Below, piece after piece: positions 1 to 8,639 of a stretch of DNA of 36,775 nt. The stretch spans positions 1-36,775 of the forward strand of contig JAYWBY010000202.1 in the NCBI GenBank assembly GCA_043781115.1, read 5' to 3'. The position numbers were made by a program, and so were the translations under genes. The stretch is from Pseudomonadota bacterium (GTDB taxonomy: Bacteria > Bdellovibrionota_B > Oligoflexia > Oligoflexales > CAIYRB01). Under the pieces are notes generated by a model that was not told the DNA's origin, did not search any database, and saw only the letters and a program-made list of their open reading frames with translations. Positions within the stretch are counted from its first letter, which is position 1. Each line of letters opens with the position of its first letter.

Positions 1-152
1 GTCGTTGGGGTTTTCAGCCTGGAGACCGTAGGGCGCCACGTCGACCTGAATCTTGCGGTTGGCGCGAGGATACTTCTTGATGAGGTCCTCGTCGAAGCGC
101 GGATCATCGGAAGAAGTAACCTCGACTGGCCGCACTTGATTCTCTTCTGCCA
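1..152 (-). CDS. Hypothetical protein, N-terminal fragment (runs off the left edge of the window)
   Basis: On the minus strand an ATG at 150-152 opens a frame that stays open to the window edge (MAEENQVRPVEVTSSDDPRFDEDLIKKYPRANRKIQVDVAPYGLQAENPND...). It lies 62 nt downstream of cheY on the same strand. It is absent from the ORF track because it is truncated. I recognise no family. Confidence 0.4.
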
Positions 153-214
153 TGGGGACCTCGTTGGTTGACGGTCAGGGATGGGTGACAGTGCTCTCCC
201 GGGTCTTAGGAAAG

Positions 215-628
215 TCAGCTTGCCTGTTTCTTGACGTTGTAATTCGCGAACACTTTGGCCAGCTTTTCGCCAAGCGTCTGGCCGGTGAACGGCTTGACGA
301 CATAATTGCTGACACCGGACTTCACCGCTTCGATGATGTTTTCCTTCTCCGCCTCGGCGGTGACCATCAAGAAAGGTAGATGTTTGAATTTTGCGTCGGC
401 TCGGACGGCCTTCAGAAACTCGATGCCGGTCATGTTGGGCATGTTCCAGTCGGAGACGATGAATTCGATGTCAGGAGTCCTCTTCAGCAAGTCGTAGGCC
501 TGCACTCCGTCCTCCGCTTCCACGAAGTTGGTGAAACCGTTCTGACGAAGCAACGTTTTTACGATGCGACGCATGGTGGGGAAATCGTCCACCACCAGGA
601 TCTTCATGTTGGGTTGTCCGAGGGCCAT
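215..628 (-). CDS. cheY: Chemotaxis response regulator CheY (single receiver domain)
   Basis: The 137-aa product is near-collinear with enterobacterial CheY as I remember it: [47 protein letters not shown] lies 6 nt upstream of the ATG at 628. Confidence 0.95.
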   Translation of the reverse strand: MALGQPNMKILVVDDFPTMRRIVKTLLRQNGFTNFVEAEDGVQAYDLLKRTPDIEFIVSDWNMPNMTGIEFLKAVRADAKFKHLPFLMVTAEAEKENIIEAVKSGVSNYVVKPFTGQTLGEKLAKVFANYNVKKQAS

Positions 629-643
629 GGGACGCTCCGGAGA

Positions 644-1402
644 TCAGTCGACGAGCAAATTCTTCAGTTTCGCCCGTAGTTTGGTGACGGCTTGCGTGTG
701 GAGCTGGCTGACGCGGGACTCGGTGACCTCGAGGATCTTGCCGATCTCCTTCAAGTTCAGGTCTTCGTAGTAGTAGAGGGAGAGAACGAGCTTCTGCTTC
801 TCGGGGAGCTCTTCGATGTTCTTCATCAGCAGCTGCCGGACGCCCTTGCTCTTTAGTTGGGTGAACGGATTCTTCGAGCCGACGTTCTCCAAACACTCGA
901 GCAGACTCTTCCGGTCATGTTGGTTCGGCCCGGAGAGTTCGTCGATCGAGAGCATCGTGACGGCTTTGACCTTCGCCACCATGCCGTAATAGCCGTCCAG
1001 CGACATGCCGAGCGACTCGGAGATCTCCGAGTCGCTGACGGCGCGACCGAAGCGTTGTTCGAGCTCTTGGTAAGCCCGCTCGATCTTCTTCGCCTTGTCA
1101 CGGACCGAGCGTGGCACCCAGTCCTGCGAACGAAGTTCGTCGAGGATGGCGCCACGGATTCGAAATTCCGCGTACGTCTTGAACTTGTTGTCGCGGCTCG
1201 GATCGTATTTCTCGATCGCGTCCATCAGGCCGATGACGCCGGCGCTGATCAAGTCGTCAATGTCGATGTTCGACGGTAGCCTCGCAGCAATACGCTGGGC
1301 GACGAAACGGATCAGCGGCGCATAGTCCATGATCAATTGATCGCGCAGCTTGCCGTCGACGCCTTGAGTATCCTGCTTGTACCGCTTGACGAGACCTTTC
1401 AT
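644..1402 (-). CDS. fliA: Flagellar sigma factor FliA (sigma-28 / WhiG family)
   Basis: 252 aa. Sigma-70 region 2 (YAPLIRFVAQRI...DLISAGVIGLMDAIEKYD), region 3, and region 4 helix-turn-helix (LVLSLYYYEDLNLKEIGKILEVTESRVSQLH). Sits directly after flhF-flhG, as in polar-flagellate operons. Confidence 0.93.
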   Translation of the reverse strand: MKGLVKRYKQDTQGVDGKLRDQLIMDYAPLIRFVAQRIAARLPSNIDIDDLISAGVIGLMDAIEKYDPSRDNKFKTYAEFRIRGAILDELRSQDWVPRSVRDKAKKIERAYQELEQRFGRAVSDSEISESLGMSLDGYYGMVAKVKAVTMLSIDELSGPNQHDRKSLLECLENVGSKNPFTQLKSKGVRQLLMKNIEELPEKQKLVLSLYYYEDLNLKEIGKILEVTESRVSQLHTQAVTKLRAKLKNLLVD

Positions 1403-1441
1403 GGATCTCCTTCCCGAAGCCTAGAGTACCGAGACCAACAC

Positions 1442-2299
1442 TCAAATTCCCGCGACCGATGCCTTATTTTCTTGGGCGTCATTCCAAAGGAGATGACTCC
1501 AGAATTCTTGAACATTGGCGTTGCGGCTCTTCACCGCGCCTTCGCCGAGGAGCTTACGCGCCGCCTGACCCCAAGCTTGACCAGCGATGGTGAAGGTCGA
1601 TTGCTCGGAGGCGGCGCGGCGTTGCATGACGGATTTCGGAACTTGCGGATCGTAAGGGACGTTGCCGAGATGATTGACACGGACGTTGAGGAAACGCATC
1701 GCCACTTCGGCAATACGGTCCGCGACCTTGAATCCTTCTTCGGGAGATCTTGTTTGGTTGACTAGCAAGTGAAAGGCCTTAACCTGGTTTTCTTCCGCGA
1801 GGACTTTGATGAGGGCGTAGGCGTCGGTCATGGCGTGCGGTTCGGGAGTGGTGACGATTACGTTCTTGTCTGCTGTGGAAGCGAAGTGGATGACGTTGTC
1901 CGCGATGCCGGCGCCGGTGTCGATGAGCAAAAGGTCATATGCTTCTTCGAGACGGTCGATTTGGTCCTGGATCTGCTGCTTCTGCGCGGGACTGAGGCGG
2001 GTAAGGCTGGAGACGCCCGACCCTGAAGGGATCAGATCGATGCCGAGTGGGCCTTGGACGACGATGTCCTTGAGCTCGGCGTGACCATCTAAGACTTCCC
2101 TAATATTGTATCTAGCCGAGAGCCCCAGAACAACATCCACGTTCGCCAAGCCGAGATCGCCGTCGAGAATGAGGACGGATTGACCCATGCGGCGGGCCGC
2201 GACGGCGATGTTGACCGTCGTCAGCGTCTTGCCGACGCCGCCTTTGCCGCTTGAGATTGTGATAACGGTCGGCGTCTTTTTCGAATGCTCTAGCCGCAT
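1442..2299 (-). CDS. flhG: Flagellar number/placement regulator FlhG (FleN/YlxH, MinD-like ATPase)
   Basis: 285 aa. Deviant Walker A ITISSGKGGVGKT, MinD/ParA-like core, located downstream of flhF. Confidence 0.9.
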   Translation of the reverse strand: MRLEHSKKTPTVITISSGKGGVGKTLTTVNIAVAARRMGQSVLILDGDLGLANVDVVLGLSARYNIREVLDGHAELKDIVVQGPLGIDLIPSGSGVSSLTRLSPAQKQQIQDQIDRLEEAYDLLLIDTGAGIADNVIHFASTADKNVIVTTPEPHAMTDAYALIKVLAEENQVKAFHLLVNQTRSPEEGFKVADRIAEVAMRFLNVRVNHLGNVPYDPQVPKSVMQRRAASEQSTFTIAGQAWGQAARKLLGEGAVKSRNANVQEFWSHLLWNDAQENKASVAGI

Positions 2300-2308
2300 T
2301 GACTCTCC

Positions 2309-3478
2309 TCAAAGGCCGAAAATTCTCTCGATGACCCGTTCCCGCGTCGCCCTTTCGAGATCGTCGGGCACGTCGCCGCCGATGCCGAAGAAGCTGAGGG
2401 GCAGGGTCCATTTTTTGGAAAGATTGTAGATCTCGCCGAAACTCCAACTTTCATCGAGCTTTGTAAAGATGAGGCTGTTGAGGCCTAGGCGTGAGAAGGA
2501 CCTAATCGCCTGTTCCATCTGCGTTTCCTTCTCGGTGACGGAAAGGCAGAGATGGTATTCGCACGGGATGCCCGCGAGTTTCAGAGATTCGAGCTCGGAG
2601 ATCGCGTCGGCATTCTTGGGGCTCGTGCCGGCGGTGTCGATGAGGACGAGCTCGACGTCTCTGTGGATGCTGGTGACGTTTTGAACGTCTTGGGCATTCT
2701 GCGCCGTCAAGAACGGCACGCCGATGATTTTACAGAAGACGCGCATTTGTTCGGCTGCGGCCAAGCGCTGATTGTCGAGCGAGACGACGGCGACTTTGTG
2801 TTTTTCGCGCATGCTATAGAGTGCAGCGAGTTTAGCGACGAACGCAGACTTGCCGACGCCGGTGGCGCCGACGAGTGCGTGATAAGAGACGGAACCGGGC
2901 ATGACCGTCCAACGCGAGGCGATCTTGATGCGCTTCATCATCCAGCGCACCGCTTGATCGCGATAGTAGCCTGACGCGTCGTCGGAGCCGCGTTCCGGAG
3001 GCGGAATCGTGCGTAGATGTTTGACGAGCTCGGCGATGGCGACGTCGCTGACACCCATGACGCGCAGTTGACGGTCGATGGGGACGATTGCTTCGGGGAG
3101 GTCTTGCAGAGTGGAACCGTCTTTGCCGCGGAGCGTTTCGACGAGCAAGAGTTTTAGCTCTTGCATGCCGGACTCGAGCGCCGCGACTTGACGTTTCGTC
3201 GGGCTTTGGTCGCTCAGCGTCGTCAGCCGCGCGAGCGTGGCGTCCAGGCGCGTGTCCTGTTCGCCGCCGATGCCGGTGCCGTGGGACGCTTCGCCGCGCG
3301 AGGCGCCGGTTTTTCTCGTCGAACCGGCGGCGGCCGCCGTGACTTCGTATAGCGTGCCCTTGCCGCCAGGCGCGGGCTTCTCTTTCGTCGACAGAATGAC
3401 CGCGTCGACGCCCAAGACTTTCTTCACCGATTTGACGGCGTCTTTCATCGAGAAGGCTTCGAAGGTCCTGATGTCCAT
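2309..3478 (-). CDS. flhF: Flagellar biosynthesis SRP-type GTPase FlhF
   Basis: 389 aa. G1 GATGVGKS, G3 LIDTAG, G4 TKLDES. N-terminal basic/disordered B-domain. Position between flhA and flhG. Confidence 0.9.
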   Translation of the reverse strand: MDIRTFEAFSMKDAVKSVKKVLGVDAVILSTKEKPAPGGKGTLYEVTAAAAGSTRKTGASRGEASHGTGIGGEQDTRLDATLARLTTLSDQSPTKRQVAALESGMQELKLLLVETLRGKDGSTLQDLPEAIVPIDRQLRVMGVSDVAIAELVKHLRTIPPPERGSDDASGYYRDQAVRWMMKRIKIASRWTVMPGSVSYHALVGATGVGKSAFVAKLAALYSMREKHKVAVVSLDNQRLAAAEQMRVFCKIIGVPFLTAQNAQDVQNVTSIHRDVELVLIDTAGTSPKNADAISELESLKLAGIPCEYHLCLSVTEKETQMEQAIRSFSRLGLNSLIFTKLDESWSFGEIYNLSKKWTLPLSFFGIGGDVPDDLERATRERVIERIFGL

Positions 3479-3489
3479 CTTTTAACTCC

Positions 3490-5598
3490 TCACAACGTTA
3501 CGGTGCCGACGGGCTGGGTGTGCACGTCGGACGGCACCTCGTCAAAGGCCAAGATCACGAGTCCCGGAATGAAACGACTGACCAGCTTGCGCAGGTCCCA
3601 GCGGATGCGGGAGCCGCAAAGCAGGATGGGTTGGGTGCCCGGTGCTTCGAAGTTTTTCATGGTTTCTGCGATGTTGTTGAGGAGGCGTTGGGCGATTTCG
3701 GGTTCGATGTTGAGAGAAGTGCTGCCGTCTTCCTGGTGGGCCAGGCCGGCGACGAGCAAGTCTTCAACCGCGCGGTCGAGGCTTGCGATGATCACGTTAT
3801 TGTCGGGAGTTGCGTACTTTTTAATGATACCACGCCCGAGCGTTTTGCGTACATAACGCGTCAACGCGTCGGGGTTTTTCAGGCCTTTGCAATGATCCGC
3901 AAGAGTCTCGAAGATGCTCAAGAGATCTCGAATGCTTACGGCTTCCGCCAGGAGATTTTGCAGGACTTTCACGACGTCGCCTAGGTTCAAGCGGTCGGCG
4001 GCGATCACTTCTTCGACGACTTTTTCGTGCTCGCGTTTCAGGCCTTCGACTAGGGCGTGGACTTCTTGGCGCCCGATCAGCTGGTGTGCGTGCTCCTGAA
4101 TCAACTTGGTCAAGTGGGTGACGATCACGGTGGCGCTGTTGACGACGGTATAGCCACGAAATGTCGCCTCATCTCGTTGTCCTGGCATGATCCAGATCGC
4201 ATCCAAACCATAGGCCGGCTCTTTCGTCTTGATGCCTTCGATTGCTTCCATGACGTCGCCCGGATCCATGGCGAGGTAGCGGCGGGCGTGGAGTTTGCCT
4301 TTGCCGATGACGTTGCCCTTGAGCAAGATCTGATACTCGTCCGGGCGGAGCTGGATGTTGTCGCGGATCATGACCATGGGCACGATGATGCCGATGTCCT
4401 GAGCGAATTGCTTTCTCGCCGAAACGATCCGCTCCAAGACTTCGCCGTCCTGCTGAGTGTCCACCAGCGGCACCAGTTCGACGCCGACCTCGAGGGCGAG
4501 CGTGTCCAAGTGCAGAAGTGTCTCGACCGAGTCTTCTCGGCCTTCAGGCTTGGCCTTCTCGATCGTGGCGGCGACGACCAGAGCTTCGCGACGCGCGACT
4601 TCGCGGGTCGAGTGCCGACCGAGGAAGAAGAAGCAGACGGCGAGCGTCGCAAACGCGAAAAACGGCATGCCGGGAACGAGGGAGAGGAGGGCCAGAAGGA
4701 TCGAGCAGACGTACATGGCCTTAGGGTGGACCATGATCTGGCTGTTCAACTCTTCGCTGAGTCCGGTGGCGCCACCGGCGCGGGTGACGACAATACCGGC
4801 GGCGGTCGAGATGATAAGCGCCGGGATCTGGGCGATCAAGCCCTCCCCGACCGTCAGGAGGGTGAACTTCTGGGCGGCATCGGCGAAAGACATTTTGTGC
4901 TGAACGACGCCGAGGATGAGGCCGACGACGATGTTGATGGCTGTAATCAAGATGCCGGCGATGGCATCGCCTCGGACGAACTTGCTGGCACCGTCCATGG
5001 CACCGTAGAAGTCGGCTTCATTCTCGATCTTGGCGCGGCGGCGCTTGGCTTCGTCTCGGTCGATCAAGCCGGCGTTCATTTCGGCGTCGATCGACATCTG
5101 CTTGCCGGGCATGGCGTCCAAGGTAAACCGGGCGCCAACCTCGGCGACCCTGCCGGCGCCTTTGGTGATGACGATGAAGTTGACGATGATCAAGATCAGG
5201 AAGATGACGAAACCGACGAAGTAGTTGCCGCCGACGACGAATTCCCCGAAGGCATGGACGACGTCGCTGACGTTGCCGGTCGCGCCGTTGAGGAGAATGC
5301 TTCTGGTTGTCGCGACGTTCAGCGCCAGCCGGAACAGTGTCGTCAACAGAAGAACCGTTGGGAAGGTACTGAAATCAAGCGGCTCTTTGACGTAGATCGA
5401 AATCAAGAGAATCATCAGCGAGGCGGTGATCGACAGCGAAAGCAGGATGTCCAAGAGGAAGGGCGGCATCGGGATGACCATCATGAAGATGATCGCGATG
5501 ACGCCTAAAGCGAACTGAACGTCCGTGCTTTTGAACGCCGCGAGGATGGGGTTCCCCGGCAAGGCGCCTTTGGCTTGGGTTGCGGCTTTGGTGGCCAT
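3490..5598 (-). CDS. flhA: Flagellar type III export gate protein FlhA
   Basis: 702 aa. Polytopic N-terminal region with the FHIPEP-family signature area (AEVGARFTLDAMPGKQMSIDAE) and a large cytoplasmic C-terminal domain. Confidence 0.97.
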   Translation of the reverse strand: MATKAATQAKGALPGNPILAAFKSTDVQFALGVIAIIFMMVIPMPPFLLDILLSLSITASLMILLISIYVKEPLDFSTFPTVLLLTTLFRLALNVATTRSILLNGATGNVSDVVHAFGEFVVGGNYFVGFVIFLILIIVNFIVITKGAGRVAEVGARFTLDAMPGKQMSIDAEMNAGLIDRDEAKRRRAKIENEADFYGAMDGASKFVRGDAIAGILITAINIVVGLILGVVQHKMSFADAAQKFTLLTVGEGLIAQIPALIISTAAGIVVTRAGGATGLSEELNSQIMVHPKAMYVCSILLALLSLVPGMPFFAFATLAVCFFFLGRHSTREVARREALVVAATIEKAKPEGREDSVETLLHLDTLALEVGVELVPLVDTQQDGEVLERIVSARKQFAQDIGIIVPMVMIRDNIQLRPDEYQILLKGNVIGKGKLHARRYLAMDPGDVMEAIEGIKTKEPAYGLDAIWIMPGQRDEATFRGYTVVNSATVIVTHLTKLIQEHAHQLIGRQEVHALVEGLKREHEKVVEEVIAADRLNLGDVVKVLQNLLAEAVSIRDLLSIFETLADHCKGLKNPDALTRYVRKTLGRGIIKKYATPDNNVIIASLDRAVEDLLVAGLAHQEDGSTSLNIEPEIAQRLLNNIAETMKNFEAPGTQPILLCGSRIRWDLRKLVSRFIPGLVILAFDEVPSDVHTQPVGTVTL

Positions 5599-5601
5599 CT
5601 A

Positions 5602-6732
5602 TCAGGTACCCCTGCTCGGTGACGGTGAAGGTGATGGTCGAGTGGGCGGCGGCGTCTTGACCGGGATCTTGCGGCCCTTGAGCTTGAAGACGTAGCGGAT
5701 GATCTCGGCGATCGTGCGGTAGAACTTGTCCGGCACTTCTTCGCCTTCTTCGACGGTGGCGTAGAGCTCGCGGGCCAAGGGGCGGTTCTCGATGATCGGG
5801 ATCTTTTCTTCTTTGGCGATCTCGCGCATCTTCAGCGCGAGGAAGTCGACGCCTTTGGCCAGGACTTTCGGAGCCGTGTCCCCGAGCTCGTAGCTCAAGG
5901 CGATCGAATAGTGCGTCGGGTTGGTGATGAGGACGGTGGCTTTGCGAGTCTTTTCCAGGACTTTCTTGGTAGCCATATCGCGCTGCATGCGCCGCATCCG
6001 GGCTTTGATGTGGGGGTCGACCTCGCGGCGTTTGTATTCTTCCTTGATCTCTTGCTTGGTCATCCGGATTTTGCGTTCGAAGGAGATGAAGTTGTAGAGG
6101 TAGTCGGCGCCCGCCACGAAAACCAGCAGTCCAGCGACTGCCCAGAAGAGCGAGCGGGTGATCGTGCCCCAGTAGGCCCATGTGGACTGCATGGGGTAGT
6201 TCATCAATTCGGGAACTTTCGACCACTCACCCTTCAGGATCAGGTAGGCAACCAAACTTACTACGAACATTTTCGCCGAACTCTTGAGGAGCTCGACGAG
6301 CGACGGCACGTTGACGATGCGCAGGAGCCCCGGCATCGGATTTAGGCGGGAGAAGTCCGGAGCAAGGCGTTCCCAAGACCAGTTCATGCGGGTCTGGGCA
6401 AGCGTTACGAAGACGGCGACGGATACTGTGACGATAAAGATCGGCAAGATCATGCGCAAGACGTCGAGCCACGTCACCAGCGCGTAATCCATGATGTTGC
6501 CAGCATTGATGCGACGGGTGGCGATGGCCTCGAAATGGGTCGTAAACAGGCGCTCGAGGGACGTGATCATGTTCGGCGTGGCGACCGTGAAGAATATGAC
6601 GCTGGACGCCAGAACAAAGACCGAGGTGAGCTCTCGCGAAACGACCAATTGGCCACGCTCCCGGAACTCCTCTCGTCGCTCGGGTGTGGCCTCTTCTGTG
6701 CGGTCGTCCTGCGGGACGTCGTTTTCCGCCAT
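5602..6732 (-). CDS. flhB: Flagellar export switch protein FlhB
   Basis: 376 aa. N-terminal DDRTEEATPERREEFRERGQ, four TM segments, and the autocleavage NPTH motif (LITNPTHYSIAL). The start overlaps the fliR stop in a TAATG arrangement. Confidence 0.95.
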   Translation of the reverse strand: MAENDVPQDDRTEEATPERREEFRERGQLVVSRELTSVFVLASSVIFFTVATPNMITSLERLFTTHFEAIATRRINAGNIMDYALVTWLDVLRMILPIFIVTVSVAVFVTLAQTRMNWSWERLAPDFSRLNPMPGLLRIVNVPSLVELLKSSAKMFVVSLVAYLILKGEWSKVPELMNYPMQSTWAYWGTITRSLFWAVAGLLVFVAGADYLYNFISFERKIRMTKQEIKEEYKRREVDPHIKARMRRMQRDMATKKVLEKTRKATVLITNPTHYSIALSYELGDTAPKVLAKGVDFLALKMREIAKEEKIPIIENRPLARELYATVEEGEEVPDKFYRTIAEIIRYVFKLKGRKIPVKTPPPTRPSPSPSPSRGT

Positions 6733-7514
6733 TAGCGCACCATCGTGCGCAGGGCGGCGAACATTTGCTCGTGGCTACTCAGGAAGTGCTCCTGCATCCA
6801 CTCGGGAAAGAACGGCAGCGTCGCGATGTAGACGATCAAGCCAATGGCGAAGCTAGCGGGGAAGCTCATCACGAAAACGTTCATGTTGGGCACGGCGCGG
6901 GCGATCAGACCCAAAGCCGCCATCGTGAACATCAAGGCGACGAGGATCGGGGCGGCGAGTTGAATGGAGACGGCCAGCATGCCGCCGGTGACGTTGATCA
7001 AGAGGCCGGCCAGCGCCCCGTGCATTTCGGCCGCGCCGCCCGGAATCAGTCGGAAGGTGTCGACGATGGCCGAGAAGAACATGTGATGGAGGCCCAAGCT
7101 CAGGAAGATGAGCATGACGATCATTCGGTGCAAGGCCGTAAAACTGTCGAGGCGGTCGGAGTAGTCCGGCATGAAGAGGCTCGCGGTACCAAACCCCATC
7201 TGATAGGCCACGATGGTCGACGCCGTGATCATGCCGTCGAAAGCGACGCGGGCGAAGAAGCCGATAACCACGCCAATCAGCAATTCCCGGAAGATATAGA
7301 CCGCAATCTGGAGCACGTCGGTCGTGAGATGCGGAGCCCAACCCTGGGAGATGATCGGGTAGAGCCCGAAGGTCATGGCGAGCGACGCCAAAATCCGCGC
7401 GCGCACCGGCGTCGGCGAGTCCCCGATGATCGGCAGCGCGAACATGATGCCGCTGATGCGCAGGAAGACCAGCGCGCCGACGAGCAGTTGGTTAGGATCG
7501 GGCAGCGGGCTCAT
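6732..7514 (-). CDS. fliR: Flagellar export apparatus protein FliR
   Basis: 260-aa polytopic membrane protein in the fliQ-fliR-flhB position. TAATG coupling to flhB. Confidence 0.9.
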   Translation of the reverse strand: MSPLPDPNQLLVGALVFLRISGIMFALPIIGDSPTPVRARILASLAMTFGLYPIISQGWAPHLTTDVLQIAVYIFRELLIGVVIGFFARVAFDGMITASTIVAYQMGFGTASLFMPDYSDRLDSFTALHRMIVMLIFLSLGLHHMFFSAIVDTFRLIPGGAAEMHGALAGLLINVTGGMLAVSIQLAAPILVALMFTMAALGLIARAVPNMNVFVMSFPASFAIGLIVYIATLPFFPEWMQEHFLSSHEQMFAALRTMVR

Positions 7515-7520
7515 GGCGAT

Positions 7521-7790
7521 TTAGTGCGTCACTCCGGGAATGCCGTTGAAGAGATCGACCGTGAACCCGGTCATGACCTGCAAAATCCACGGCCCGCACA
7601 CCACCATGGCGACAGTGATGGCGAGAATCTTCGGAACGAACGACAGCGTTTGTTCTTGGATTTGAGTGGCGGCCTGGATGATCGAGACGAGGACGCCCGT
7701 AATCAGGGCGGCGATGAGTACCGGCGCCGCTACTTCGAGCGCCACCCATACCGCGCGAGACCCGAGGTCGATGATCGTTTGGTCGGTCAT
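7521..7790 (-). CDS. fliQ: Flagellar export apparatus protein FliQ
   Basis: 89-aa protein with two TM helices, typical FliQ size and position between fliP and fliR. Confidence 0.9.
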   Translation of the reverse strand: MTDQTIIDLGSRAVWVALEVAAPVLIAALITGVLVSIIQAATQIQEQTLSFVPKILAITVAMVVCGPWILQVMTGFTVDLFNGIPGVTH

Positions 7791-7826
7791 GGTCTTGTCC
7801 TTTCGCGATAAGCGCGGCGAGCAAAG

Positions 7827-8639
7827 CTAGAGATTGAAGCTTTTGACGATATTCTCGACGATCAAGGCCCACCCATCCACGAGGACGAAGAGAATGAGCT
7901 TGAACGGCAGGGACACGACGGTAGGCGGTAGCATCATCATACCCATGGCCATCAGGACCGAGGAGACGACCATGTCGATGACCAGGAACGGGATGTAGAT
8001 CAGGAAGCCGATCTGAAAAGCCGTCTTCAACTCGCTGACCATGAAGGCCGGCATCAGCGTCGTCATGCCGACGTCTTCTGCGGATTTCGGTTTCGCCTGT
8101 TTCGAGATGCCGAAGAAAAGCTCGAGGTCCGTTTCACGAGTTTGGGCCAGCATGAATTTTCGGACGGGTTTGATCAGCTCGTCGAGCGCCTGTTCCTGCG
8201 TGATTTGCTTGGCGACGTAAGGATTGAACGCCTTGTCTCGGACCGTGTCCCAGACCGGCGCCATCGTGAACATGGTGAGGAAGAGGGCCAGACCGACGAT
8301 GACCTGGTTGGGAGGCATCGTCGCGGTGCCGAGCGCTTGCCGCACGAAGCTCAGCACGACCAAGATCCTCGTGAACGAGGTCATCATCAAAAGAATTGCC
8401 GGCGCGATCGAGAGGATCGTTAACATCGCGACGATCTTCACCGCCGGGACGAAGTCCGTCGGCTCATCGGTCTCTTTCAAGTCGACGCTGATAGTAGGGA
8501 TTTTGACCTGGGCCTCGGCCTTGCTTTGCGGCACGGCACCCCAGCAGATGCAGAAAAGCACCACTGCCGACAGGGTCCTGAGCAGGACTCCGCCGGCCTT
8601 GGCCGGGAAAAACCGAAAGAGTGCAGCGAGGTCGAGCAT
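7827..8639 (-). CDS. fliP: Flagellar export apparatus protein FliP
   Basis: 270 aa. Signal-like N-terminus followed by the conserved FliP core (TSFTRILVVLSFVRQALG, FMLAQTRE, FLIYIPFLVIDMVVSSVLMAMGMMMLPP). ATG overlaps the fliO stop (TAATG). Confidence 0.95.
   Translation of the reverse strand: MLDLAALFRFFPAKAGGVLLRTLSAVVLFCICWGAVPQSKAEAQVKIPTISVDLKETDEPTDFVPAVKIVAMLTILSIAPAILLMMTSFTRILVVLSFVRQALGTATMPPNQVIVGLALFLTMFTMAPVWDTVRDKAFNPYVAKQITQEQALDELIKPVRKFMLAQTRETDLELFFGISKQAKPKSAEDVGMTTLMPAFMVSELKTAFQIGFLIYIPFLVIDMVVSSVLMAMGMMMLPPTVVSLPFKLILFVLVDGWALIVENIVKSFNL

Noticed and set aside
4057-5508. 483-aa ORF on the plus strand, antisense to flhA. Similar cases: 6684..7811 (+) antisense to fliR/flhB, 27966..29108 (-) antisense to hldD, 29350..30252 (-) antisense to the Omp85 gene, 31416..32666 and 33549..34184 (+) antisense to smc, 25154..26080 (+) antisense to polA, and 15746..16525 (+) antisense to lysC.
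   Set aside because: The translations are low-complexity and rich in Arg, Asp, Gly and His, with no family resemblance. Each lies wholly opposite a gene with unmistakable homology. Long stop-free antisense frames are expected in GC-rich DNA.
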